Shown here piece by piece: positions 22,209 to 31,379 of a stretch of 64,000 bases of DNA (position 1 is its first letter; each line of letters opens with the position of its first letter). Location: sequence record OR983333.1. One strand, written 5' to 3'. The stretch comes from Escherichia phage 1-6af. The notes beneath the pieces are model-generated. The model was not told the origin of the DNA and did not search any database. It saw only the letters and a list, made by a program, of their open reading frames with translations. The translations under genes and the position numbers were made by a program.

Positions 22209-23900
22209 ATGCATATCAATTACCTTAGCACAACGAACCCCATCCCTCTCAATCCACTTGTTAAGGAACATCATAGCATATTTCATAACAACAGCACCAG
22301 CACATTGCAGGAGTGTGTTAAGGGCTTTATGAACCATAACTTTACCAGTGGCATCTCGTCTCATTGTAATCTTACGACCATCAACACCAATCAAGTATCC
22401 TTGAGCAGCCTTTTCTGTCATACGATCAATGAGGATTGCAATACATGGGTTCTCTGCCAAGAAACGTGCTCGCATCACTGAACCTTCGTCAGCCCCACCA
22501 CCTACAATTGAACCAAGCTTAGCATCGCCAGCACCGTAGTTGAATGCATAGATAAACGTTTTAGCGTTGTCACGAGTAGGAAGACCAGCAAGTTTCTGGT
22601 TGTGGGAGTGGATATCACCTTCAAGGAGAATATCACGATACATAATAGCAGAAGCTAAACCACGTTCTGCCAGAGCTTTCTTAGCTGGGTTGTTCTCTTC
22701 AATTGCCTCAGCAAGCATATCCCTACACTCTTTAATGAGGTAGTGAGCGAGCATACGAAGTTCAAGCCCAGAACCATCATACCCTAAGAATACTTCTTTA
22801 CCAGCGGGTATGTAATATTTGTAAGCACCTACAGGTTTGTCTTTCTTCCCCGGTTTACCTTTCTCATAAATTACGTTAGTACCTTTTCGTATATAACAAC
22901 CATCAGGAACAACGTTAGTAATAACGAAAGGACGAGAATGATCACTGTCTGAGTTATAGTCAGACTCAAACAAACTGCGACACTCGTGACCAAACAAACC
23001 ACGGGAGGGAATATTAACCACGATACGATGTTTGAATCGAAAAGTCGGCGTAGCGCAGCTGTTAGCTTCTGCCGAAAGTTTACCATCTTCGCGTTCCTTT
23101 GCTATGAGTCCACTGATAAGACCTAGCCTGTGAGCCGCTACAACGCGTCTCTTAAGCAAACTTCCGACACTCCCTAGCTCACCCCCTAACCCTTCTTCAA
23201 GAGTCTCCTCGAGGTTTGTAGGAGCTGTAGGCCACTTGTTTGAAGTGGCTAGTGCTTTCTTAATCTCATCAAACGTTACAGGATTACGTCGATTCGGGTT
23301 TAATCCCAAACCAAACACGTAAGCCTTCATATAGTTCTTAGTTTTAAACCTAAAATGCTTTTCTAAGAACTTCTTAATATCAGCGTCAACCATCTCGGCT
23401 GTCTGCTTCTGCTTAGCATTTCCTCGCATCCAAGCAGTATACCATGCTTGGTATGTTCCATACTTTCTCATATCTTTCTTAATTTCGAAAGTATTCCAAG
23501 GCTTCTTAGATACGTTAAACTCTGGAGGAAGAAAGCCCTCATCCATAAGAGCTTCTTTAACTCGTGCATCTTTCGATGGGTCAAAGTCTACGTATTCGAC
23601 ACAGGTGAAAGCTCCACCAATGTCTTCTCTCTTCAGCCCAACTCTATCACAATAGGCTTGAGGCCACTTCTGCAAAGCTCCAGACTTCTTAAACGGCTTC
23701 ATATAAGTAGAGCCATCTAATCTCATCTTAGGTAAGAGAGGAATCAACTCTCTGTCAATATTAACAATAATCTCTTTAAGGAGGTGAACATACCACCGAG
23801 CATTTCTTCGGTTGAAACTCACTCCGTGCTTTGCTTGCTTAGAGATTATATCAGCGACAGTCATCTCTGTCAAAAATGGAAGAGCGTCCGGGTTGCTCAC
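22209..23900 (-). CDS. DNA polymerase family A, polymerase-domain exon 1
   Basis: Motif A YDGSGLELRMLAHY and motif B RDNAKTFIYAFNYGAGDAKLG; the open frame runs 10 codons into the intron to a stop at 22179. Confidence 0.8.
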
Positions 23901-23916
23901 TTTATACTCCTTTAAA

Positions 23917-24339
23917 TTATTGGTAAAGTAAATCTGTAAATGCTTGGTTATCTTCTACTACATTCAACATGGTGGCTTCATCACTATAAGCCCTAACCGT
24001 CCCGTTGACAACTGTCCAAGGAGGAGGTGGAGGTGGTGCATGGTTAGCCCTAGCTTCACGAGGTTGCTCTCGTACTAAATGAGCCACAACCCTTTGGTTA
24101 GCGACTTCTTCTCTTTCTCGGATAGCTCTTTGGATGTAAGCCAGCTTCATACCCCAAGCTTCTTCAAACTCTTGAGGGTGTTTATCACTGATAACCACAT
24201 ATTGACGTTCAGGAATACCAGATCGAATCTCCGATAATAATTCATGGAACAGATCTAGTTCGTGCTCAGTGAGATTCATTTCGATATCATCCCACTTAAG
24301 AACTAAGAAACGGTTTTGGTGTCTAGCTGGTAATGGCAT
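23917..24339 (-). CDS. hypothetical protein
   Basis: 140-aa ORF with poly-Pro stretch; operon context. Confidence 0.4.
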   Translation of the reverse strand: MPLPARHQNRFLVLKWDDIEMNLTEHELDLFHELLSEIRSGIPERQYVVISDKHPQEFEEAWGMKLAYIQRAIREREEVANQRVVAHLVREQPREARANHAPPPPPPWTVVNGTVRAYSDEATMLNVVEDNQAFTDLLYQ

Positions 24340-24342
24340 AAC

Positions 24343-24618
24343 TCAACCTTTTGGGAATGGCATTAAAGATTCCATAGCAGATTTAATTTCGTTATTGATT
24401 CGTGAGTCACGATAAGAGATAAACTTACCTTTGCTATCACGTAACATCACATTAGTTCTGGCTGTTAAATGAGGGAGTAATGTAATACTGGTTGGGATAG
24501 TATCAATCCCTACAGAACATCTGTCAATAGTTTTGCTTTCAGTTAACAAATAAGACCAAGTCTGCTCTGGATGGTTGGGGTATGTGTCTCGAATCTGTAC
24601 CATAGCTAACTTATTCAT
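24343..24618 (-). CDS. hypothetical protein (tandem paralog A)
   Basis: Shares ARTNV.LR...GKFISY....PFPKG with 24620..24877. Confidence 0.4.
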   Translation of the reverse strand: MNKLAMVQIRDTYPNHPEQTWSYLLTESKTIDRCSVGIDTIPTSITLLPHLTARTNVMLRDSKGKFISYRDSRINNEIKSAMESLMPFPKG

Positions 24619-24619
24619 G

Positions 24620-24877
24620 TTAAACTCCTTTAGGGAATGGGATGAGGTTTTCTACTGCAACACGATATTCTTTCTCTACATCTTTATTCTTATAAGAAAT
24701 GAATTTCCCATCAGCCCCACGGAGGATTACATTAGTACGAGCTGTTTTTGGATTATGACCAATCTGGTTTGCAATTAGGCTGATGTTGTGTTTGACATCA
24801 TGGTTATTAGTGAATTTCCACTTAGCCAGACGGTTAGTCCAAACATCAATGATAGTTACGGTTTTTACAATAGACAT
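24620..24877 (-). CDS. hypothetical protein (tandem paralog B)
   Basis: Paralog of 24343..24618. Confidence 0.4.
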   Translation of the reverse strand: MSIVKTVTIIDVWTNRLAKWKFTNNHDVKHNISLIANQIGHNPKTARTNVILRGADGKFISYKNKDVEKEYRVAVENLIPFPKGV

Positions 24878-24910
24878 AATTATTACCTAAGAAGTTTAAT
24901 TTGGTTTATA

Positions 24911-24940
24911 TAAAAGAAAAGGCCACCCAAGTGGGCAGCC
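24911..24940 (-). terminator. intrinsic terminator
   Basis: GGCTGCCCA-ctt-GGGTGGCC hairpin followed by TTTTCTTTT on minus; near-identical to the terminator at 25157. Confidence 0.5.
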
Positions 24941-24958
24941 TATTGTACTAGAACTGGA

Positions 24959-25144
24959 TTACTCTTCGATGACATTTAATAACAACTTCTGACGGACAAC
25001 TCTTCTCACATATCTATGCTCTTTTTTAATACCGAGAGCACGCTGTCGAACTGAACGCCTGTTTTTGTATTTGTCACACGGATATTTGTCATGACCGGGG
25101 CAGCAATTTCCAGGGTTGATAAAATTGATAATTTCTCTCTTCAT
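24959..25144 (-). CDS. small basic Cys-rich protein
   Basis: 61-aa ORF with CCPGH...C motif, flanked by two near-identical terminators. Confidence 0.4.
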   Translation of the reverse strand: MKREIINFINPGNCCPGHDKYPCDKYKNRRSVRQRALGIKKEHRYVRRVVRQKLLLNVIEE

Positions 25145-25156
25145 CTAATTGCCCTT

Positions 25157-25185
25157 TAATGAAAAGGCCACCCATTTGGGTAGCC
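25157..25185 (-). terminator. intrinsic terminator
   Basis: GGCTACCCA-aat-GGGTGGCC hairpin followed by TTTTCATT on minus. Confidence 0.5.
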
Positions 25186-25190
25186 TCATG

Positions 25191-25508
25191 TTATGATGAG
25201 CTTAAAGCTCCTTTGCGTGCTCCAGCTGCTTTTCCAGCTCGATCACCACTTTTGCCGCCGTTTGAACGGTTTGAGCTGACTGATTCAACACGTAAGTTGC
25301 TTGACGCATTAGAACCTCCAGACTTGACAGCTCGTTTGTGTCCAACGTCTTTACCTCTGACAGCAGCTTTTCCATCGCGCTTTTCAACGATGCGACGTGC
25401 ACGGTGGCGCTGAGCATCTCCGCTCTTGCTCCCAATTCCCGTTTCACCGCGCTTGATCGCAGTCCTTCTTTCTTGTGCATAATCTCTTTTTCCTACATGA
25501 TCTGCCAT
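25191..25508 (-). CDS. basic low-complexity protein (frame uncertain)
   Basis: ATG overlaps the HNH stop (TAATG) with AGGAGA RBS; an alternative overlapping frame 25202..25480 encodes a helical protein. Confidence 0.3.
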   Translation of the reverse strand: MADHVGKRDYAQERRTAIKRGETGIGSKSGDAQRHRARRIVEKRDGKAAVRGKDVGHKRAVKSGGSNASSNLRVESVSSNRSNGGKSGDRAGKAAGARKGALSSS

Positions 25509-25837
25509 TAGATTTCTCCTGATTCTCTTTGATTAAAGGTGTGGATGGCGTGGCAATTAGCACACAATATCCTGCACTTCCTCATCTCTTCTTTTACTTG
25601 AGATAAAGATCTGGTGTGCCCTTTGGAGAGTTCGAATGACTTAGTTAATGGATTTAAATGATCAAACTGAAGAGCAGATGCGTGGCCCTTAAAGCCACAC
25701 TCAGAGCATCCATAGAATGTTTTAACTCTACGAATAAAAGCTAGTTGCCTAACTCTTCTTCTCTCGTTATCTGCCTTTCTCTTATCTCTATTTCCTGGGT
25801 CGGCCCATCTACACGAGTCATTGCAAAACCTCTGCAT
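25508..25837 (-). CDS. HNH homing endonuclease
   Basis: CSECG ... FDHLNP ... CANCH zinc/HNH motifs. Confidence 0.65.
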   Translation of the reverse strand: MQRFCNDSCRWADPGNRDKRKADNERRRVRQLAFIRRVKTFYGCSECGFKGHASALQFDHLNPLTKSFELSKGHTRSLSQVKEEMRKCRILCANCHAIHTFNQRESGEI

Positions 25838-25952
25838 TATATACTTCGTTACAAATGGTACCTTACAGGTTTCACATTCCTTGTGGTAGGTTGCTATTTG
25901 GACCTCCTACTCAGTGTAAATAAAACCCTCTTCTATCATTGACTTTTGAGTA

Positions 25953-26132
25953 CTAATCACTCCACCCTCCCGGTGGTTCAAAATTTTCTTGAACATCCAG
26001 AACCTCTACATCATCACTCAGGTAGGTACTCTTGCCAAAACCTAAAAGCCAGCGAGCTTTATCAATATCTTTATAAAAATTAAGAGCTGCACTACCATCA
26101 TAACACTCACGAACTATAATACCGATTTTCAT
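25953..26132 (-). CDS. hypothetical small protein (59 aa)
   Basis: Below ORF-track cutoff; start overlaps the PhoH stop (TAATG); hand translation. Confidence 0.3.
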   Translation of the reverse strand: MKIGIIVRECYDGSAALNFYKDIDKARWLLGFGKSTYLSDDVEVLDVQENFEPPGGWSD

Positions 26133-26872
26133 TAACTGTTTACCTTTTCCATTGCTTTAACAATCGCCTTACAGAAACCAGAACGAACAATATCATCTGA
26201 CTCACCGTCTACAATCTCAGCGAACTCATACAGATCATGTTCATCAATAAAATTAGTAGCCCAAGTTAGGCCACTCTCACGACCACGCATATCATGCTGG
26301 TTAGTATCACCCATGCAGAACAGCTGAGAGGTTTCTCCCAATCGAGTCATGATTGAGAAGGCTTCATCTTTAGTGGTGTTCTGGAACTCATCAACAATAA
26401 CAATAGCATCATTGAAAGAACGACCACGGAGATATTCCAGAGGTACAAATTCAATGTTACCATTTCCGATTTGGCATTCATAGAATCCCTTACCGTATCG
26501 CTGAGTAATAACATCAATGATAGGCATCAGGTAGGGTTCAAACTTCTCGCGCATTCCTCCCGGAAGTAACCCAAGAGAGTTACCCATGCCGACCGAAGGG
26601 CGACTCAGAATGATCTTCTGAATCTTACCGCTTTTCAGTGCATCAATAACCGTGGAAGTGATTACAAAGGTCTTACCACAGCCCGCAGGAGCATCTGTGA
26701 ACACAACTTGTTTAGTCTTGATAGCATTGAGTAGCTCAGACTGAAACTGGTTCTGAGGGACTACAGGCTTTGCTAAAACCACCTCTTCATACTCTCGCTT
26801 ACCTTTACGAGTAACAAGTGCTTCTCGACGAAGGTCTTTCCGTGATTCTTTCCGTGATTGACGACGACTCAT
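26132..26872 (-). CDS. phoH: PhoH-like ATPase
   Basis: Walker A APAGCGKTF and PhoH-like architecture. Confidence 0.75.
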   Translation of the reverse strand: MSRRQSRKESRKDLRREALVTRKGKREYEEVVLAKPVVPQNQFQSELLNAIKTKQVVFTDAPAGCGKTFVITSTVIDALKSGKIQKIILSRPSVGMGNSLGLLPGGMREKFEPYLMPIIDVITQRYGKGFYECQIGNGNIEFVPLEYLRGRSFNDAIVIVDEFQNTTKDEAFSIMTRLGETSQLFCMGDTNQHDMRGRESGLTWATNFIDEHDLYEFAEIVDGESDDIVRSGFCKAIVKAMEKVNS

Positions 26873-27054
26873 TTACGCTCTCCAATTTCTTCGTAATGAC
26901 ACTCAGTAGTTAAGCAGTCTTTACAGATTGCTGTATAAACCCTGACGTTAGTAAATCGTTTGTTCTTCCCTTTGGTTGGAGAGCCTTTGGCAAGCTCTCT
27001 GATAACCTTGTTACTTAAATGAAGGTTTGTTCCTTCACATTTAGAGCACTTCAT
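26869..27054 (-). CDS. zinc-ribbon protein
   Basis: CSKCEG ... CKDC Cys pairs. Confidence 0.4.
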   Translation of the reverse strand: MKCSKCEGTNLHLSNKVIRELAKGSPTKGKNKRFTNVRVYTAICKDCLTTECHYEEIGERK

Positions 27055-27062
27055 TGTTTACC

Positions 27063-27308
27063 TCAGAAATTATAAGGGTCATAATCAAGAGAATCAAACC
27101 CATAATCTGAGCTATTAAGGTATCGGCGCTTTAATCCGAAATCTTCGTAGTGAGGTTTTCCAGGAACAGTTTTGCCTTTGGTTATGTTCGTTACTTGACT
27201 AGAAGAGAAAAGGTGAACCCCTTCAGAAGTCCTAGCAGAAGATTTTTCTCCTTTCTTAACCACTTTTCCTTTTTTGGCCCATCCTTCGAATGTTCTATAT
27301 TGCATCAA
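27063..27308 (-). CDS. hypothetical protein
   Basis: 81-aa ORF; operon context. Confidence 0.35.
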   Translation of the reverse strand: MMQYRTFEGWAKKGKVVKKGEKSSARTSEGVHLFSSSQVTNITKGKTVPGKPHYEDFGLKRRYLNSSDYGFDSLDYDPYNF

Positions 27309-27314
27309 AACTCC

Positions 27315-27515
27315 TTACCACAATGTCCATTCAGTAAGGGACCACAGAGAGTCCCCTATGTGGGTGTTGTCATGTCGGATGAGATCTTTGATTTTATCAA
27401 CATCAGTCAAGTGAGTTACATTCAAGATATCCTCAACATCTGGAACATGTTTGAATATGGCAACAATGTTATTACCATCATCAGAAAACTCCTCAAGCAC
27501 ATAAACTACACTCAT
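27315..27515 (-). CDS. hypothetical protein
   Basis: 66-aa acidic ORF; operon context. Confidence 0.35.
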   Translation of the reverse strand: MSVVYVLEEFSDDGNNIVAIFKHVPDVEDILNVTHLTDVDKIKDLIRHDNTHIGDSLWSLTEWTLW

Positions 27516-27835
27516 GCGACATTAGCCTCTTTATGAAGTCTATAAATAGCTGTCGCCATGCAAGCAACAGCCTCGTTGTGTGGGAGGTGCATCCCTGTAG
27601 AACCATCCCAATCTTTGAACTCACTGTCAAAGACTCCGGTAGGCTCTGGATACAGAGCTTGCAGCTCCACTAGATCGTTAGCAACTTGTTGCCATTTATC
27701 GTCAGACCAGATAGGGTCATCCAACCAGTAATACAAATAGGAATGGATGATCAATTGCCTTCTGTGCCGATTAATTACTTCAGCGGGACTTATCTCACTT
27801 CCATTTGAAGTCCTAAATGTATTACTGTCAATCAT
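27512..27835 (-). CDS. hypothetical protein
   Basis: 107-aa ORF; start/stop overlap with neighbours. Confidence 0.35.
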   Translation of the reverse strand: MIDSNTFRTSNGSEISPAEVINRHRRQLIIHSYLYYWLDDPIWSDDKWQQVANDLVELQALYPEPTGVFDSEFKDWDGSTGMHLPHNEAVACMATAIYRLHKEANVA

Positions 27836-28038
27836 TACGAAAATTCCCGTTCTGTTAAAGAGTGCTGAACTTCATTATCCGGAGACCAAACCTTTTCTCC
27901 ATTTACCAATTTCTTAGCATCTTCATCTGAAGCACAATCTAAAGCAGGATTATCAGGTGTTGGCTTCTTTGGAAATCTTTTCCAAGTCCAAAAATATCCG
28001 TCATCGTCTTGGCAACCAAGAGTCCACAAAGTTTTCAT
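27835..28038 (-). CDS. hypothetical protein
   Basis: 67-aa ORF; operon context. Confidence 0.35.
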   Translation of the reverse strand: MKTLWTLGCQDDDGYFWTWKRFPKKPTPDNPALDCASDEDAKKLVNGEKVWSPDNEVQHSLTEREFS

Positions 28039-28053
28039 TTCACAACCTTAAAT

Positions 28054-28296
28054 TTAAATGTTGTTGGGTGAGAATAATTCCACACAGTCAAGCATGTAGT
28101 AGGAGTAACCAAAGGGTTTGGCTGTTAAGTTGGAAACCATTTTATCAAAAAGGGATTGAGAAACATCCTCTTCTACTCCAACATCCTCAAGCTGCTGCTT
28201 TGTAGGATAGTCAGTGAAAGAGCAAAGAATTTCTGTATCCTCTCCTCTGTCTGCATCCTCAACACGACTCAGAATCCAAATATTCTTCCTAACCAT
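28054..28296 (-). CDS. hypothetical protein
   Basis: 80-aa ORF; operon context. Confidence 0.35.
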   Translation of the reverse strand: MVRKNIWILSRVEDADRGEDTEILCSFTDYPTKQQLEDVGVEEDVSQSLFDKMVSNLTAKPFGYSYYMLDCVELFSPNNI

Positions 28297-28297
28297 T

Positions 28298-28954
28298 TTA
28301 ATTCTCCAAAGTTTTCTTCAGAGCTGCCCACGAGATTGGGTAGAGCTTAGCCATCTCTTCATCTACGGATTTAGCAAACACTCGAACTTCATATTGAGCG
28401 TGAGAGGATAGTCGCTGACGGCACAACTCAAACCAGCCATACAAAGAACCAGTCCACACCCACTCAGTGATCATCCCCTGAGGAAGAACAAATCGAGCTT
28501 GCTCTGGTGCAATAAATTCAATCAACTTATCATATGCTGCTAAAGAAGCTTCATATGCATCATTAATCAACATTAATGCTTCAGCTCGCTCTCCGTCGAT
28601 GAGTTGAATCCCTGAACCTGCATGGAGGTCCGAAGGTCTCGCAAAAATCTCTTTAGGGATGAAGACTTCAACTGCTCCATCTTTATACCGCCGGGACATT
28701 TCGTTCCACGAGAATCCAACCTGATGCTTTCCCAGCTGTCTCGCAATTGCGATAGGTGCTTTGCATCGGAAACTGACTTGCGGGTGTCGGAATGGAGTAC
28801 AGTGTTTTTCCCGTGCAAGGAAGTTGATAAGTTTTGTGTCTCTCTCATTTAAGTCACCTTCTCGAACAACACCGAAAGATACTCTAGCTGCATTGACTAC
28901 AGATTTGTCACTTCCCATAGCTTCGATTAATGTTGCTTGTAGTTGTTCATTCAT
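28298..28954 (-). CDS. thyX: flavin-dependent thymidylate synthase ThyX
   Basis: Matches ThyX along its length by eye: AARVSF, HCTPF.H...F.CKAPIAIARQ, SRRY, SHAQYEVR. Confidence 0.9.
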   Translation of the reverse strand: MNEQLQATLIEAMGSDKSVVNAARVSFGVVREGDLNERDTKLINFLAREKHCTPFRHPQVSFRCKAPIAIARQLGKHQVGFSWNEMSRRYKDGAVEVFIPKEIFARPSDLHAGSGIQLIDGERAEALMLINDAYEASLAAYDKLIEFIAPEQARFVLPQGMITEWVWTGSLYGWFELCRQRLSSHAQYEVRVFAKSVDEEMAKLYPISWAALKKTLEN

Positions 28955-28969
28955 CCGTGAATATCCTTA

Positions 28970-29245
28970 TTATTTATTGCTCAGGGCTGTATCCAAAAAA
29001 GCTTTCAGGTTTGCTTCAGTCTGCATACCAGAGAGGCTGTAGTGTGCACCACTGTTACGGTCAGGCACAACGAAAGCAGGGATGCTTCGTACACCATACT
29101 TAACAGCTTGCTCACGACCATCACCTTCAAGGATGTTAATCTCTTCCACTTCTACATCAAACTCCTTAACAACCTTCTCAAAGGTAGGAGCCATTGCTTT
29201 ACATGGAGCACACTGATCACTATAAAACTTAATTACTTTAGACAT
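28970..29245 (-). CDS. thioredoxin/glutaredoxin-like protein
   Basis: CAPC redox motif in a thioredoxin-fold-sized protein with cis-Pro-type IPAF segment. Confidence 0.65.
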   Translation of the reverse strand: MSKVIKFYSDQCAPCKAMAPTFEKVVKEFDVEVEEINILEGDGREQAVKYGVRSIPAFVVPDRNSGAHYSLSGMQTEANLKAFLDTALSNK

Positions 29246-29253
29246 GTAAATCC

Positions 29254-29433
29254 TTATGCAGTCAGGAGGTGAAGCAGGAATGGGATAACAACAGCTATGA
29301 TAACCATGATGGTTGATGCTGTTTGAATCTCACCTTTCTTATCAGGGGTTTCTTCAATAAGCTTCCCAGAAGCCCAATAAATACCACCACCAATAAAGAT
29401 AGCCCAAATACCCCATACGATTGCTGATAACAT
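29254..29433 (-). CDS. small membrane protein (2 TM helices, 59 aa)
   Basis: Below cutoff; ATG 29433 with AAGGA RBS; hand translation; the ORF-track frame 29295..29567 is probably a shadow. Confidence 0.35.
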   Translation of the reverse strand: MLSAIVWGIWAIFIGGGIYWASGKLIEETPDKKGEIQTASTIMVIIAVVIPFLLHLLTA

Positions 29434-29493
29434 ATATCTATATCCTTATAAATAAGTTCGCCCCACCTCGGGTTAGGAGACAGGGCGGAGGTT

Positions 29494-30057
29494 TTAGTAA
29501 GACACATCACCACTTGAATGGGACATGTTGCTCTTGACGAAGTAGCAATACTTGCCAAGACCTTCATTAATTTCTTGAAGCATACTCTGATCGACAGGGT
29601 AGGTGGCTAAATCACCATCAAACTCATCCATCTTCTCAATAATACACATCAAGGTCATGCACATATCAGAGAGCATACCGTCCATGTCTAGATCAGCATT
29701 ACCCTCTGAGAACCAAGCATGAGAGAGGTAGTTAGCTGCTGTAGCATCCACTTTAACACAGTGGTAACGCATACGTTCAGCAATACGATCTCCTACCTGT
29801 CGTGCGTAATCTTCCAGCTCATCAAACATACCATGAACACCTTGAAATCCTGCACCAGAGACGTTCCAGTGGTAGTTTTTAGCTTTGATATGCAAGAGTT
29901 CCATGTTAGCTTGTAAGCAGCTCAGGATGTGTTCTAGGCTGTTTCCACTAATCATACCCTGCATTGTTTCAAGGCGAGAGATTGATAGGTCGGACCGGTC
30001 TAACATGCTATAACTGTCACGACCGATCTCAGGTAAATCAAAAACATTCTTATGCAT
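29494..30057 (-). CDS. Dps-like ferritin-fold protein
   Basis: Dps signature region HIKAKNYHWNVSGAGFQGVHGMFDE...IAER; start at Met 30057 with GGAG RBS (ORF track extends to 30096). Confidence 0.6.
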   Translation of the reverse strand: MHKNVFDLPEIGRDSYSMLDRSDLSISRLETMQGMISGNSLEHILSCLQANMELLHIKAKNYHWNVSGAGFQGVHGMFDELEDYARQVGDRIAERMRYHCVKVDATAANYLSHAWFSEGNADLDMDGMLSDMCMTLMCIIEKMDEFDGDLATYPVDQSMLQEINEGLGKYCYFVKSNMSHSSGDVSY

Positions 30058-30379
30058 TTGGGTTTTCTCCATCCAGTTCAACTGAGTTAGCAACATTACG
30101 TGCGATATTATCCATTACCTGCTGAGTAATTACGATGCAGTTCTGTGGGTCTACTGACTTAGAACGCCCCATTTCAGGGTCATACACCTTAACTCGCTTA
30201 GCAGTTGAACCTGTAACCTGAAGAACCTTCAACAGATATCCCTGATTACCAATAGACCAAGCAACAACATCACGATTCTTGATAAAGCGACCAAGCATAT
30301 CACGATGATAAAACTGTTGCATCACCTTGGATTTTGTAATCTCTTCAGTGGGCGGGGCCACTTTACTCAAATCTAACAT
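30050..30379 (-). CDS. hypothetical protein
   Basis: 109-aa ORF; operon context. Confidence 0.35.
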   Translation of the reverse strand: MLDLSKVAPPTEEITKSKVMQQFYHRDMLGRFIKNRDVVAWSIGNQGYLLKVLQVTGSTAKRVKVYDPEMGRSKSVDPQNCIVITQQVMDNIARNVANSVELDGENPNA

Positions 30380-30451
30380 AACTCTCTCCTGTAAAATACA
30401 AATTCTTGTTGTACTCTATATACATTTGAGAGTTACCATATCTACTACCAA

Positions 30452-30661
30452 TCAGTAATAAATTACTTTAGACATAAAAGAACCCGAGTTAGGGTCTTCG
30501 TACCAGCGATGAATGTCAGCACTTTTAACTGTTCCAATTAAAGTTTTCATCTTCTTCTTAGCAATACGAGCATCTTTACGGGTGTCAAATAATTTGATAT
30601 TATCTTTACCTAGATGGTGTCCATCTTCCCAAACAACACGAACAGCCCATATCTTTTTCAT
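30452..30661 (-). CDS. hypothetical protein (tandem paralog)
   Basis: Shares MxxxWxxxxxW start and xYY/HY end with 30661..30855. Confidence 0.4.
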   Translation of the reverse strand: MKKIWAVRVVWEDGHHLGKDNIKLFDTRKDARIAKKKMKTLIGTVKSADIHRWYEDPNSGSFMSKVIYY

Positions 30662-30855
30662 TAGTAATGTACCTTTCCGCTGATATAAACACGACCAGAG
30701 GAATACTCTCTGGCCTTATGAATGCTAATACTCTTAGTTAAGTCCATATTGAACATAGACTTTTTAAACTCTCGAGCTTGTTGGCGGGTAGGTAGTGCAG
30801 TCATAGTCATACCACCTGATGCCCACTTAATCTTCGCTAACCAGAATTGTCTCAT
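30661..30855 (-). CDS. hypothetical protein (tandem paralog)
   Basis: Paralog of 30452..30661. Confidence 0.4.
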   Translation of the reverse strand: MRQFWLAKIKWASGGMTMTALPTRQQAREFKKSMFNMDLTKSISIHKAREYSSGRVYISGKVHY

Positions 30856-30908
30856 TTATCTTTCATCCACATTAAAGGAGAGATGAAGTCTACTTCTCAT
30901 AGACTTCG

Positions 30909-31379
30909 CTAGGAGTTTTGCCTCTTCAAGAGTTTTACTCCATACACAGACTCACGTTTACCATCTTTTTGAACAGATACACAGAACGTCCCGCCCTTCT
31001 CTTGGTAGACATTCTTAACTCCTAGCTTGTTATCAACCCTTGTCTTAGCATTCTGACTGTTCTCAGAGTGAGAGCACTTTCTCAGGTTAGTTTCTTCTAG
31101 GTTTTCTCTGTTACCATCGGCATGATCTATTTGATATTCATCCGATAAATCCTCACCAGTATAAAGAACAAAAAGAATCCTATGATTATGGACACGAACT
31201 CCTCCTAAGGGAATTTGATAATACCCATCTTTTGTGAGCTTGCCATCAGGTTTACCTACTATATCATTAGCAAACTTACTAGGCTTCCTTTTCCAAGAAA
31301 GCCCTGAAGGGGATGACATGTCTATATTAAAGAGATCAACTACTTCATCATAGCATATCAGCATGATTTGTTCCACCAA
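30909..31379 (-). CDS. HNH homing endonuclease
   Basis: HNH motif YQIDHADGNRENL...N. Confidence 0.65.
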   Translation of the reverse strand: MVEQIMLICYDEVVDLFNIDMSSPSGLSWKRKPSKFANDIVGKPDGKLTKDGYYQIPLGGVRVHNHRILFVLYTGEDLSDEYQIDHADGNRENLEETNLRKCSHSENSQNAKTRVDNKLGVKNVYQEKGGTFCVSVQKDGKRESVYGVKLLKRQNS

